Assembly: GCA_963777505.1 (NCBI GenBank)
Contig: CAVZQN010000001.1
Span: 160,001-224,000, forward strand
DNA length: 64,000 bases
Reading direction: 5' to 3'
From: an uncultured bacterium
GTDB lineage: Bacteria; Acidobacteriota; HRBIN11; JAKEFK01
A program made the translations under genes and the position numbers. Below are positions 21,781 to 32,200 of this stretch, in pieces. How positions within the stretch are numbered: the stretch's first letter is position 1; each line of letters begins with the position of its first letter. The notes under the pieces were generated by a model. The model was not told the DNA's origin. It saw nothing but the letters and a program-made list of their open reading frames with translations, and made no database searches.

Positions 21781-21858
21781 TACCACAAAGTCACGGAGGG
21801 CACGAAGTTATCAATGATAAATTCAAATCTCCGTGTTCTCCGTGACTCCATCGTGAAT
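21781..21858. repeat. Inverted pair of the ACCGCAGAG/ACCACGGAG-family intergenic repeat
   Basis: gtcacggagggcacgaag pairs imperfectly with ctccgtgttctccgtgac. Confidence 0.6.
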
Positions 21859-21904
21859 CTTCAAGTTATTGTTACTAGATGACTAGCATCACAAAGGAGA
21901 ATAC

Positions 21905-23221
21905 ATGCAAAGCTTGAGTCTTCGATTGACTCTAATATTCGTCATTTTAATCGTCGCGCCTGAGGCGTGGGCGAAGCAGCAAGATCAGGCAGATAGCTTT
22001 CCTTCAGATGTTGCCTCCGTGTGGTTCGATACTTTATATGACGTCATTAAGTCGGAGGGCACTGCCCCGCCTTCAGCTTCGCGGATCTATGGCGTTGCGT
22101 CCGTCGCGCTGTATGAATCCATCGTGTCCGGGACAGGGAGAAACAAGTCGCTCGTTGGACAACTCAATGACCTGGATTCTCTCCCAAATGTCAAAAAGAA
22201 TAAGAAATACCACTGGCCTACCGCAGCAAACGCAGCTCTGGCGAATACAATTCGCGGGATTTTCACATCGTTGAAACCTGAAAACCTGGAGGCGATCAAC
22301 GCGCTGGAGGCTGACTTCAATACGCAGTTTGAGGAAAAAAAGAGGTTTGAAAAGTCAGTCGAATATGGAAAGAACGTTGCCGATGCGATTCTGGCATGGG
22401 CTGCTACAGACGGCTTTGATGTTCTTAACAACTGCCCCTATGTACCAGTACCTGTGCCTGGAGCCTGGGAACCAACACCGCCGGCATTCAACCCGAACCC
22501 GCTTCAACCATGCTGGGGACAGCTTCGCCCAATGGTAATAACTTCACTTGCGGCATGCGCCCCTTCGGCTCATCCTTCATTTGATACAGACCCCGCGTCG
22601 GAGTTCTTTGCTGCCGCTCAAGAGGTGCACGATGTGAGAATCAATTTAACTGATGAACAGAAAACAATTGCTGATTATTGGGCAGATGGTGCAGTAGCGA
22701 CCGGAACACCTCCAGGTCACTGGATCGCGATCATAGGCCAGTTCGCTCGAAATGATCCGCTTTCGCTTGCAGCTGCGGCAGAAGCTTATGCCCGCGTTGG
22801 TATTGCAGTTCACGATGCCTTCATACAGAGCTGGAATGATAAGTATCAATTTAATCTTCTGCGTCCCGTAACGTACATTCAGGACAACATCGATTCGAAC
22901 TGGCTGCCATACATCGTTACACCAAATTTCCCTAGTTACACCTCGGGGCACTCAACACAGTCGGGCGCCGCAGCATTCATGTTGACTGATATGTTCGGCA
23001 CCCGGACGTTCACGGATACTACTCACACTGACCATGATCTGATTCCACCGCAAGTCCCGCGCACTTTTGCCTCTTTGGACGAAGCTGCGGCAGAAGCGGC
23101 GATGTCCCGTCTTTACGGAGGGATTCACTACTCATTCGACAACAACGATGGCCTCGCCTCAGGACAGTGCGTTGGATTAACGATCACTGACAACGTAAGG
23201 TTCACCCGCAGAAGATTTTAG
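21905..23221 (+). CDS. Vanadium-dependent haloperoxidase / PAP2-superfamily protein, secreted
   Basis: Signal peptide; KYQFNLLRP, PNFPSYTSGHS, SRLYGGIHY; SD aaggag. Confidence 0.85.
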   Translation: MQSLSLRLTLIFVILIVAPEAWAKQQDQADSFPSDVASVWFDTLYDVIKSEGTAPPSASRIYGVASVALYESIVSGTGRNKSLVGQLNDLDSLPNVKKNKKYHWPTAANAALANTIRGIFTSLKPENLEAINALEADFNTQFEEKKRFEKSVEYGKNVADAILAWAATDGFDVLNNCPYVPVPVPGAWEPTPPAFNPNPLQPCWGQLRPMVITSLAACAPSAHPSFDTDPASEFFAAAQEVHDVRINLTDEQKTIADYWADGAVATGTPPGHWIAIIGQFARNDPLSLAAAAEAYARVGIAVHDAFIQSWNDKYQFNLLRPVTYIQDNIDSNWLPYIVTPNFPSYTSGHSTQSGAAAFMLTDMFGTRTFTDTTHTDHDLIPPQVPRTFASLDEAAAEAAMSRLYGGIHYSFDNNDGLASGQCVGLTITDNVRFTRRRF

Positions 23222-23383
23222 ATCTGAGATTTCAGATTTCAGATTGAAATTTTTGATTGTAAGATTGATAGAAATCATGAAGTGCGACAATTCAATCAAG
23301 AATTATTCAATTTTCCATCCGAAATCTAGAATCTGAAATTGCGGCCGAAGGCCGCTTTGTGTGCTTTGTGTCTCTGCGGTTAA
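23221..23383. repeat. Heptamer-repeat inverted array plus GCGGCCGAAGGCCGC palindrome and one ACCGCAGAG repeat copy
   Basis: gatttca-gatttca-gattg on the left versus aaatctagaatctgaaat on the right; hairpin at 23341-23355. Confidence 0.55.
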
Positions 23384-23552
23384 GCTTCGCTCAGGTTCCG
23401 TTAAAGTAGTTTGCAATATCTGTGTTTCAAATTTGCATTGAGTGCAAAGCTTCATTGGCCAACTCATCCTAAAATTACCCAATTCAAACCTGGTTCGCGT
23501 TTTGAAAAAACAAACTAGAACTGTTGCTCTCGATAGCAGATTGAGCAAGAAA

Positions 23553-23582
23553 TCACCACGGAGTATAGAAACTCCGTGGTGA
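23553..23582 (-). terminator. Hairpin, probable terminator between convergent genes
   Basis: tcaccacggagt-atagaa-actccgtggtga, perfect 12-bp stem. Confidence 0.55.
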
Positions 23583-23609
23583 ATGATTGTGAACTTATTT
23601 TGATCCTCA

Positions 23610-24410
23610 TTAATGAAGGGGTTGAGGCTCACCATACAGGAAATCATCCATCATAACGATGTCTTTCTGATCATCATCTGGTCCTGGCTTGGATGATCCG
23701 GTCCTGATCTTTATGCGGGCTATACTGGCGTCCTGAAAGACGATGCCATAGAAGGACAGACTTCCATCGCCAGGTGAGTTTGGAACGAAACCGGCGAAGA
23801 TGCGATTTCCACCTGCATCGAAGTATTCGATCCGCGTTACGTTGTCCTTGTCAACATCTGTGAATATTGCGCCGAACCCTGTCACCACTGCTGCAGCAGT
23901 TCCATTAGTCCCCGGCACAAAGAAGGAACCTTCGGTCACCCGGCTGCCTACAGGAGTAAACAGACGCTGAGCGCTGAATGGCGTAAAGATATCGGCGTAG
24001 GTTGGATTGTTCAAAAGCACCGCAAGACCGCCAGTTGGGCCACCCGATGTCGGAGCCTGTGATAGTCCAGCCCCTCGCGTAGTGAACTGCGCGCCGCGAC
24101 TATTCAAGAAGACGTCAAACGGTGTAACGGGGTCTGTTGTAACATCCGATCCGCCACCATCCCAATTGATCTCACGACGACCGTTCGCTAGTGGGCCAGG
24201 GTTGCTGGCATTGTTGGGATCTCCCAGAGCAGCGCGGTACGCATCCACTGTGCCCTGAATTGATTCAATTGTTGGTCCTGCCGCTTGGAACACTATTGGC
24301 TGAACTACATCTTCAGCGAGCTCCTGTGCTTGGCCTGCAGGAATGGCCATCGTTAGTGTCATTGCTACGACTAAGAAACGTGTAAAGAGTTTCAGAAACA
24401 TGTTCTTCAT
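23610..24410 (-). CDS. Secreted conserved hypothetical protein (GRREINWDG family)
   Basis: Signal peptide, GRREINWDG, GFGAIFTDVD, C-terminal MMDDFLYGEP. Confidence 0.75.
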   Translation of the reverse strand: MKNMFLKLFTRFLVVAMTLTMAIPAGQAQELAEDVVQPIVFQAAGPTIESIQGTVDAYRAALGDPNNASNPGPLANGRREINWDGGGSDVTTDPVTPFDVFLNSRGAQFTTRGAGLSQAPTSGGPTGGLAVLLNNPTYADIFTPFSAQRLFTPVGSRVTEGSFFVPGTNGTAAAVVTGFGAIFTDVDKDNVTRIEYFDAGGNRIFAGFVPNSPGDGSLSFYGIVFQDASIARIKIRTGSSKPGPDDDQKDIVMMDDFLYGEPQPLH

Positions 24411-24465
24411 TGTTAAACCTCACGAATCCTTTTTGTTATTGTTTTTCTTTTCCGCAATAGCCCAA

Positions 24466-24601
24466 AGCACAGTCTGTGCCATTTGCAATCCACTGATTTT
24501 GTTTCCTCAGTGAGGTCCTCAAGAAAGTGTATTGATACTGAATTCAACGCGATTGAATCAATCTAAACCATCACGAAACAAACTGCGTCTCAGTACGAGA
24601 C
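24466..24601 (-). promoter_or_regulatory. Putative sigma54 promoter with IHF-like site and upstream palindrome
   Basis: TGGCACAGACTGTGCT (GG-N10-GC) at 24481-24466; adjacent AATCAGTGGATTG (WATCAR-N4-TTR); GTCTC-N5-GAGAC at 24587-24601. Confidence 0.55.
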
Positions 24602-24788
24602 AACTTTCCATGGAATCGAGGGTGAAGGTGGCTTACAGTGCCGTGAAGCGCAACTGTGGTACATTGATTTCCTGGTCATGTGGCTTAAACCGGGGGATAA
24701 ACTTGGGCCTACGATTCTATACATATTTTTCCGGCAATCAAGTGACTAAAATAATTCTTGTAATACTATACTCTTAGTACTATATATT

Positions 24789-26084
24789 ATGTCAAAACGC
24801 ACTGTTTTCTGGCTGCTCTGGATCCTGATTCTCCCAACGATTGCTACGGCCTCCGATGTGATAGCGATCCGTGCTGCACAAATAATAGATGGAAAAGGCG
24901 GTTCACCATTTCGCCCTGGGATCGTTATCGTTCGCGGTGACAAAATTGAATCCGTAGGAAGCAGTCTGCCAGTTCCGGAAGGTGCACAACTCATCGATTT
25001 AGGAAATGTTACTCTCCTTCCGGGATTAATCGATTTGCATACACATCTAACAGACGAAGTCGGAACCCACTGGGAAGAAGTGTTGTTAAAGACCACACCC
25101 GGACGTGCCGCAATATTTGGCGCCAAAAATGCGCGCGATACATTGATGGCCGGCTTCACAACATGCCGCGATATGGGACCAACCTGGCCGTATACAGATG
25201 TTGATTTACGGTATGCAATTGATAAAGGAGCAGTGCCAGGCCCTAGACTTCAGGTTGCCGGCAATTATGTATCGTCAACTGGCGGTGCTGGTGATGCGCG
25301 GCAATTTTCAATCTATGTGGATGTTCCGGTCGTTCAAAATCTTGCAGATGGTGTTGATGCAGTTCGCCGTGCAGTACGCACGAATTTCAAACATGGAGCC
25401 GATTTTGTAAAAATTCTTGCTACAGGTGCTGTGCTTTCAAAAGGAATTCCACCTGGCTCACAACAATATTCCGATGAGGAATTAGGTGTGGCGGTTGAAG
25501 AAGCGAATCGTTGGGGACGATTCGTTGCAGCGCATGCTCATGGAGCGGGTGGAATCAAGGCCGCAATTCGAGCCGGTGTGCGAACGATCGATCATGGTTC
25601 GATGATGGATGATGAAGCCATCGAGATGCTGAAATCCAGGCAAGGCAAAGTCTATTATGTGCCAACATTGTACGTTGGAGAAGTCATCGATAAAGAAGGT
25701 GAACAATTCAATGTTCCTCAATCTGAAATCGAGCGTTCACGCAAGATGAAGGAACTTAGACCTGCAACTTTTCGCAAAGCTTTGAAGGCGGGATTACAAA
25801 TTCCTTTTTCCACGGACGCAGGCGTATTCCCACATGGACATAACGCTCGTGAATTTGCAATTCGTGTCCGTGAAGGCGAATCAACAATGAATGCAATCAT
25901 CTCCGCAACTCGCATTTCAGCCGAAGCGATGGGCTGGGCTGATCGCGTTGGAACAATCGAATCCGGAAAATTTGCCGACTTCATTGCTGTATCCGGCGAT
26001 CCGCTGAAAGACATTACGGAATTAGAACGCGTGAAATGGGTAATGAAAGGCGGCGTTGTTTATAAGGACGAATTGAATGACTAG
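24789..26084 (+). CDS. Amidohydrolase family protein (Xaa-Pro dipeptidase-like), secreted
   Basis: PGLIDLHTH, GFTTCRD, AAHAHG, TIDHG, STDAG; signal peptide. Confidence 0.9.
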   Translation: MSKRTVFWLLWILILPTIATASDVIAIRAAQIIDGKGGSPFRPGIVIVRGDKIESVGSSLPVPEGAQLIDLGNVTLLPGLIDLHTHLTDEVGTHWEEVLLKTTPGRAAIFGAKNARDTLMAGFTTCRDMGPTWPYTDVDLRYAIDKGAVPGPRLQVAGNYVSSTGGAGDARQFSIYVDVPVVQNLADGVDAVRRAVRTNFKHGADFVKILATGAVLSKGIPPGSQQYSDEELGVAVEEANRWGRFVAAHAHGAGGIKAAIRAGVRTIDHGSMMDDEAIEMLKSRQGKVYYVPTLYVGEVIDKEGEQFNVPQSEIERSRKMKELRPATFRKALKAGLQIPFSTDAGVFPHGHNAREFAIRVREGESTMNAIISATRISAEAMGWADRVGTIESGKFADFIAVSGDPLKDITELERVKWVMKGGVVYKDELND

Positions 26085-27363
26085 AAAGCTTTTTGTATTC
26101 TTGTCCGCTATTTTGATTTACAGCTCAGCTTCTGCTGAAAATCTCCAAACAAATACAAAACGGATGGAAGAAAGGATTCAGGCGTTATCACAATTCGGTA
26201 AAAATCCTGAAGGTGGAGTGAGCCGTGTTGCGTTCAGCGATGCAGATCTTGAAGGAAGAAAATACATTATTTCACTTATGAAGAATGCGAAACTCGATGT
26301 TCGAATCGATTCAGCAGGAAACATTCTTGGAAGACGCGCAGGTAAAAATGATTCACTTCCTCCTATCCTTTTTGGTTCTCACATCGATTCTGTTCCAGGT
26401 GGTGGAAATTACGACGGCGACGTCGGCACAATTGGAGCAATCGAATGCATTGAAGTTTTGAATGAAAAGAACATGGTTACTCAACATCCATTGGAAGTGG
26501 TCGTGTTTTCAGATGAAGAAGGTGGATTAGTTGGCAGCCGCGCAATGGCTGGAGAGTTAAGTTCTGAAGCGTTGGACTTAAGTACGCACAGTGGAAAAAC
26601 AATTCGCGATGGAATCCGTTTTATCGGAGGAAATCCGGATCAACTCCCGGAAGCAGTACGAAAAAAAGGAAGCATTAAAGCATTCTTGGAATTACATATC
26701 GAACAAGGCGGCATTCTTGATACTGAAAAAATCAATATTGGAGTGGTGGAAGGAATCGTTGGAATCAATTGGTGGGATGTAACCATTGAAGGCTTTGCAA
26801 ATCATGCAGGCACAACGCCGATGAATCAACGAAAAGACGCTTTGCTTGCTGCTGCAAACCTGATTACAGCGGTAAATCGGGTAGCAAAAAGTGTAGAAGG
26901 CCGTCATGTTGCAACCGTTGGAAAGATTAAAGCGGAACCCGGCGCGCCAAATGTGATTCCAGGTAAAGTTGTACTGAGTCTCGAAATCCGTGATCTCGCA
27001 TCGGAAAAGATTCAGATGATTTTTGAAAAGATCAAACAAGAAGCAGTCAAAATCGAAAAAGAATCAGGAACAAAGATTCAGTTCACAGCGCTAGATACAA
27101 CAGCAATTCCTGCACTCAGCGATGAGCGGATCCGTGCAGTCATTGCTCAATCTGCAAAGGATTTAGGATTTACTTCAAAAGTAATGCCGAGCGGAGCCGG
27201 ACACGACGCGCAAGATGTAGCACGGATTGCTCCAATGGGAATGATCTTTGTGCCAAGTGTCGGTGGAATCAGTCACTCACCGAAAGAATTTACAAAACCT
27301 CAAGACATGGCAAATGGTGCAGCCGTCCTTTTACAAACAATTCTGAAAATTGATCAAGATTAA
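26077..27363 (+). CDS. M20 Zn-dependent hydrolase (N-carbamoyl-amino acid/allantoate amidohydrolase family)
   Basis: GSHIDSVPGGGNYDG, DEEG, ELHIEQG, NHAGTTPM, SGAGHDA, GISHSPKE; signal peptide. Confidence 0.92.
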   Translation: MTRKLFVFLSAILIYSSASAENLQTNTKRMEERIQALSQFGKNPEGGVSRVAFSDADLEGRKYIISLMKNAKLDVRIDSAGNILGRRAGKNDSLPPILFGSHIDSVPGGGNYDGDVGTIGAIECIEVLNEKNMVTQHPLEVVVFSDEEGGLVGSRAMAGELSSEALDLSTHSGKTIRDGIRFIGGNPDQLPEAVRKKGSIKAFLELHIEQGGILDTEKINIGVVEGIVGINWWDVTIEGFANHAGTTPMNQRKDALLAAANLITAVNRVAKSVEGRHVATVGKIKAEPGAPNVIPGKVVLSLEIRDLASEKIQMIFEKIKQEAVKIEKESGTKIQFTALDTTAIPALSDERIRAVIAQSAKDLGFTSKVMPSGAGHDAQDVARIAPMGMIFVPSVGGISHSPKEFTKPQDMANGAAVLLQTILKIDQD

Positions 27364-27381
27364 CCGCAAAGGCGCAGAGGC

Positions 27382-27838
27382 TCAGGATCGAGAATCAAGC
27401 ATTGAATCCAACACGACTTTCATGAAAGCGAACATAAGGGGTTTCAAGTCTTCACGAACTTGAAATTCAGGCTGTGGTTGTGTGATTCGCATCAAGACAT
27501 ACTCTATCAGTTTTGGCTCTCTCGAATCAGGAAGTATCGAGACTTTTTCATCTGTCAGAGTCATCATCAAATGATCGTCCATTTCATTTAGCTTTTTCGG
27601 TGAGACTTTTTTTACAGATCTGGAATTCTCTACAAGCACCATCCACAGGACAAGAGCTGTCGTGAAAAAAATATCTTGTTCATCTTCATTCAACTCTTCA
27701 CGCTGGCTGATCGCAGCAAGATATACAAAGACGGCGGGCTGCTTCTGCTGAAATTTCACAATCAATTTATTTAAACCTTTTTCATCCACGTTGCGGATCG
27801 TGTCTTCAATTCCAAGAATACTTTCCATCGAAATCATG
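27382..27838 (-). CDS. Hypothetical protein
   Basis: Open frame with protein-like composition (QKQPAVFVYL, EPKLIEYV); likely start MISMES overlapping the MFS stop. Confidence 0.6.
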
Positions 27839-29152
27839 ATTTTGTATCGCTTTGAACCATCGGAACATCGGAACGGATGAAGAGCCAGAGTACTGCAGCC
27901 GTTAAAGCAAAAATAGCTCCGCTCGAAATCGCGACAGGCCATCCGAAATACTTGGCAATGACTGGAACTAACAACGCCCCGACACCACCAACAACGTTCC
28001 CGCCGGTGTTGAGAAGTCCGCTTGCAGTACCAGTGTTCCTTCCCGCAACGGATGCAATGGCGGCCCAGTACGATCCTTCAGTTAGCTGAGTACAACCTAA
28101 GGACAAAGATAGAAATGCAACAGAGGCATATGAGTTTTGCGAGTAAGCACCAATCACCAAAAATAACGCTGCCAGGATCAAAGCCGGGATGGGGACAATT
28201 TTGTAGCCGCGACGCACGCCCAACCGCTTTGCAAAATGATCTGAAATCAGGCCACCGATGGCCGCTCCAACGGCTCCGGCAATCCATTGCGCAGAAGTGA
28301 GAAATCCGGCTTCTTGATGTCCAACTTTTCTAACGTCAACCAGATAAAAAAAAACCAGTTGAACACAAGATAGAAGATGTAGTTCATGCAGAAATAACTG
28401 AAAGTCAGAAGTAAAATCTCACGATTTTTTAAGGCAGCCTTCCATGCATATCTTGTGGGCTCGTCTGAAGTTGATTCCCTCTTTTGATTGATTAGTTGAA
28501 GTTCGGCAGCGCTTACCGAACGATGCATAGCGGGATAATCCCTGCCATACCACCACCAGATTGCGGCAATAAAGAATCCAAGAGGTGCGGTATAAAAAAA
28601 GCATTCCCGCCATCCATAGAGACCCGCAAGCCAGACAATCAATGGAGCCCCTACAGCACTTCCCAGTGTTAGCGCTGAGCTTGTTAATCCATTTGGAAAT
28701 CCCCAACCTCCCACAGGAAACCAATTTGCAATGACTGCGCCAATGACTGGAAATATAGGTGCATTCAAAGCGCCAACAAGAAAGCGGATGACGATCAAAG
28801 ATACTAACAGCACTGTAGTTGTAACGAGTGGCGGAGTAGGAACGAGTCCAGTTAGAATTGTGAGAACTCCCCACGAAAGCGCCATGAACGTAATCGCTTT
28901 TCGAGATCCTACAATGTCACCAAAAATTCCGCCGGGAAATTGAAAAATCGCATAACCCCATGCAAAAGCAGCAAGAACATGTCCTAATTGAATTTCAGTA
29001 ATGCCAAATTCTCGAACCATTGTTTCACCAATGATTGATAAATTGGTCCGTAATATATAGGAAATGCAGGAAGCGAGTGAGATGAGGATGAGAATTTTCC
29101 AGCGTACGTTTGTCAGGCTTGTATGTGGAAGGTGATCAGCTTTTTCTATCAC
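27834..29152 (-). CDS. MFS transporter (ACS, glucarate/galactonate-like), frameshifted at T9 tract 28346-28354
   Basis: RWKIL...SYILRTNLS, YAIFQFPGG..GD..GSR; adding one T joins the ORFs as NWFFFYLVDVRK...GGLISD. Confidence 0.85.
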
Positions 29153-29218
29153 GCCGGTGATGATATCACGAGAAGTTAATTTTTCGGATTTAGTTCAACC
29201 GCAAAGCCACAGAGGTCC

Positions 29219-32200
29219 CTATCGTTTGCCGATTAGAACGAAGGGAGCCCAATAATATGGATGGCTGTATTTGTTGCTTTGAATCATTTCGAGACGCGCT
29301 GCACGTAACGCTGCAGCTTTATTCAAATCCTTAGTCTCCAAATTTCTATAAAAACTTGTCATCAGATCTGCAGTTGATCGGTCATAAACATCCCACAAAC
29401 TTACGATCACACTTGGAGTTCCTGCGCATAAGAAAGCTCTGGAGATTCCTGTAATCCCTTCACCGCGAATTTCTTTACCCAATCCAGATTTGCACGCAGA
29501 TAACACCACAAGATCTGCATTCAATTTAAGATCAAACACCTCACGCATTGTAAGAAAACCATCTTCGCCCTGGTTATCTCCTGTCAATACAAGAGCTGAA
29601 AATTGAGGCTTTTCTTCATCGATCAAACCATGGCTCGCGAAATGAAGTCTCCGGTAATCCTGAAGAGCCATCTTTTTCAGATTGGCTTCGCTTGCTTCAA
29701 TTCCCATTGCTACTGTGACTTCATCTTTTTCAAACAATCTCGCAATTCCTTCAACTTCTTCTCGCGCGTGCGGCAATGGTGTTAAAGTTCCAGCCCAACT
29801 TCGAACGTTTTTAGCCTCCTGAGATGTGCTTCGAACGCCTTTTAATACAGGGTCTGCAAATGCAAGGAGTTGTTTTTGTGCTGGAACAGTGTTGTCACCA
29901 TTTTTTCCGATCGATGCAAGCACAGATATAGAAGGGACATAATCAATTTCGAAATCTCGGGCCATATAAGGAAGCTTTGAAAAAACAATTCCAGCTGGCT
30001 TAACCTTTTGAGTGAGCAGAGCTTCGAAAGGCAAATAACTTAATGCTCCATCTGGAGCGATCACTATGCGCAGCTTTTTCTGCAAAATTGATTCTGCGGG
30101 CTTGATAGTTTCAGAATAAAGAGCATACGCAAGATTCACATACCTGGTGTATGTATTTTCTGACGCCTGATACACTGCGTCAGGTTTCATAATCACATCA
30201 CGCAGTTCGTTTACAAGTTTTGCAATCTCTTTTTCACTTTTAAGATTAAAAACATTGACATTTTCGCGTGATGCGACAAAAAGCAGTGATTCGGTGGTGC
30301 CAAGGAAATATTCAAACAATAAAGTTTGATCATCGAGAAGCGCTTGTGCTTCAGCAAGTTTCAAAGGCTGCGGATATTGAACTTCTGCATACATCGGATT
30401 CTTGATTCGGATCTCTTGAATCAAATCCGCATATTGCTTTTCTAACTGATTCTGTTTGTTCTTGATCTGATTTATTTTGGAAGTCTCCGGATTTTCCTTA
30501 CTCTTTTCATCCTGAAGATTTTTTTGACTCTTCATGATCTCCGCAAGGATCTTTTTCCTGCTTTCCTTGAGATCAGGATTGAGGCCGCTATCTGAATCGA
30601 CTTGTGCTTCTGCTAGCATGTCCAGAAATGATCGGGCTTTGGATCTCTGAACATACTCAAATGCTTCCGGAATTCTGTTGAGCTGAACCAGCAAAGGTAT
30701 TGTCTCTTCGTAAACATGAAGCCTGTCCTGCAAATAACCCGCTCTTAGTTCAACGTCTTCCACAGTTGTCCGCATTTTTTCAATTTCGTGTGTCGATTCC
30801 TCAAGGAGAGATAACGCTTCTTCGGATCGGCCTGCGCGTTTGTAAACAAGTCCTTTTTCATACAAAGACTGCCAGAGCGTATTAGCTTGATCTGCTTCTC
30901 TTGCAAGATCAATCGATTTAGATAATGCTTTTTCGGCTTCATCCAGTTGATTTAAACTGTGATAGGCCATACCAATCATTCTGTAATTTTCAGATAAATT
31001 CCAATCTGCTTTGATCGATTCGACAATTTCCAATGAAGAATAAAATTCTTTTAGTGCATCATCGTGTCGATTCATATTGGAGTAAGAGTACCCTATACTT
31101 TCGTGCATTTTGGCAATTCCTCTTTGTTCATCCATTTCCTTGTATAAAACAAATGCTTTTTTATAGTATTCAATTGCCAACTGATACTTTCCATAGTGGT
31201 CATTCACATGTCCGATCGCGGCAAGTGCATAGGCTTCTGCCCTTTTTTCGCCGATCTCTTTTGCAATGTCTAAAGCACTTTTGAAATATTCAAGCGCGCG
31301 GTCCCAATCTCCAGAAAATTTAGTAAGCTTTCCCAGACCTTCGTAGCAAACTCCCATGAGCCCCTTATCACCCATTTCCTTTGCCTGAGATAAAGACTCC
31401 TGGAAACTATTGAGTGCTTTCTCATACTCTCCTTGTTCCATCAGCATCAGTGCGGAATTGTAATAGTTCGTTGCGATCGATGCTTTGTTTGCTGTCTTCG
31501 TCGCAAAAGCCAATGACTGTTTGGTATGCTCCAGCGCAAGATCCATGTCGCCTTTATTCCAATAAACAAGCCCCATATTTCCATGGACACGACCTTGACC
31601 TGGGATGTTTCCAAGTTCTTGAAATATCCCTAATGCCTTTTGATATTTTTCGGTTGCCAAATCCAAATCACCTTTCTTCCAATAAGTCGAACCTAGAGTT
31701 GAAAGACTATTGGCTAATCCCTCCCTGTCATTGATCTCTTCACAAATTTCGATTGATCGTCCGGAAAAATCTAAAGCCTTTTCATAATCTCCTTGATAAT
31801 CATGAACGATCCCTAAGTTTCTGAACGCAAGAGCCACACCTTTCTTGTTCCCAATTTCTTTAAAAATCACAAGAGATTTTTCGGAAAGCGAAATCGATTT
31901 TTCGTAGCTGCCTTGCCGCCAGTAAATGTTCGCAATTAACGCTAAATCATGAGCAATTGATTCTTTGTCTTCAAATTTCTCATGCAATTGCAAACTGTGA
32001 TTGAGTTGTTCTTCAGCTTCTGAATGTTTACCGATTGAAAACAAGGCCTTACCATACTTGAATTCGGCAGCTGCAAGTCCTTTCTGATCATTTGTCTTTT
32101 TGTAGAGTTCGATTGCTCGACTATATTTCAGCAAACCGGCGTCGAAGTTAAACTGGGCGACTTCAGAATCTGCTTCTGTTACAAGCGTGGCTGGATCTTC

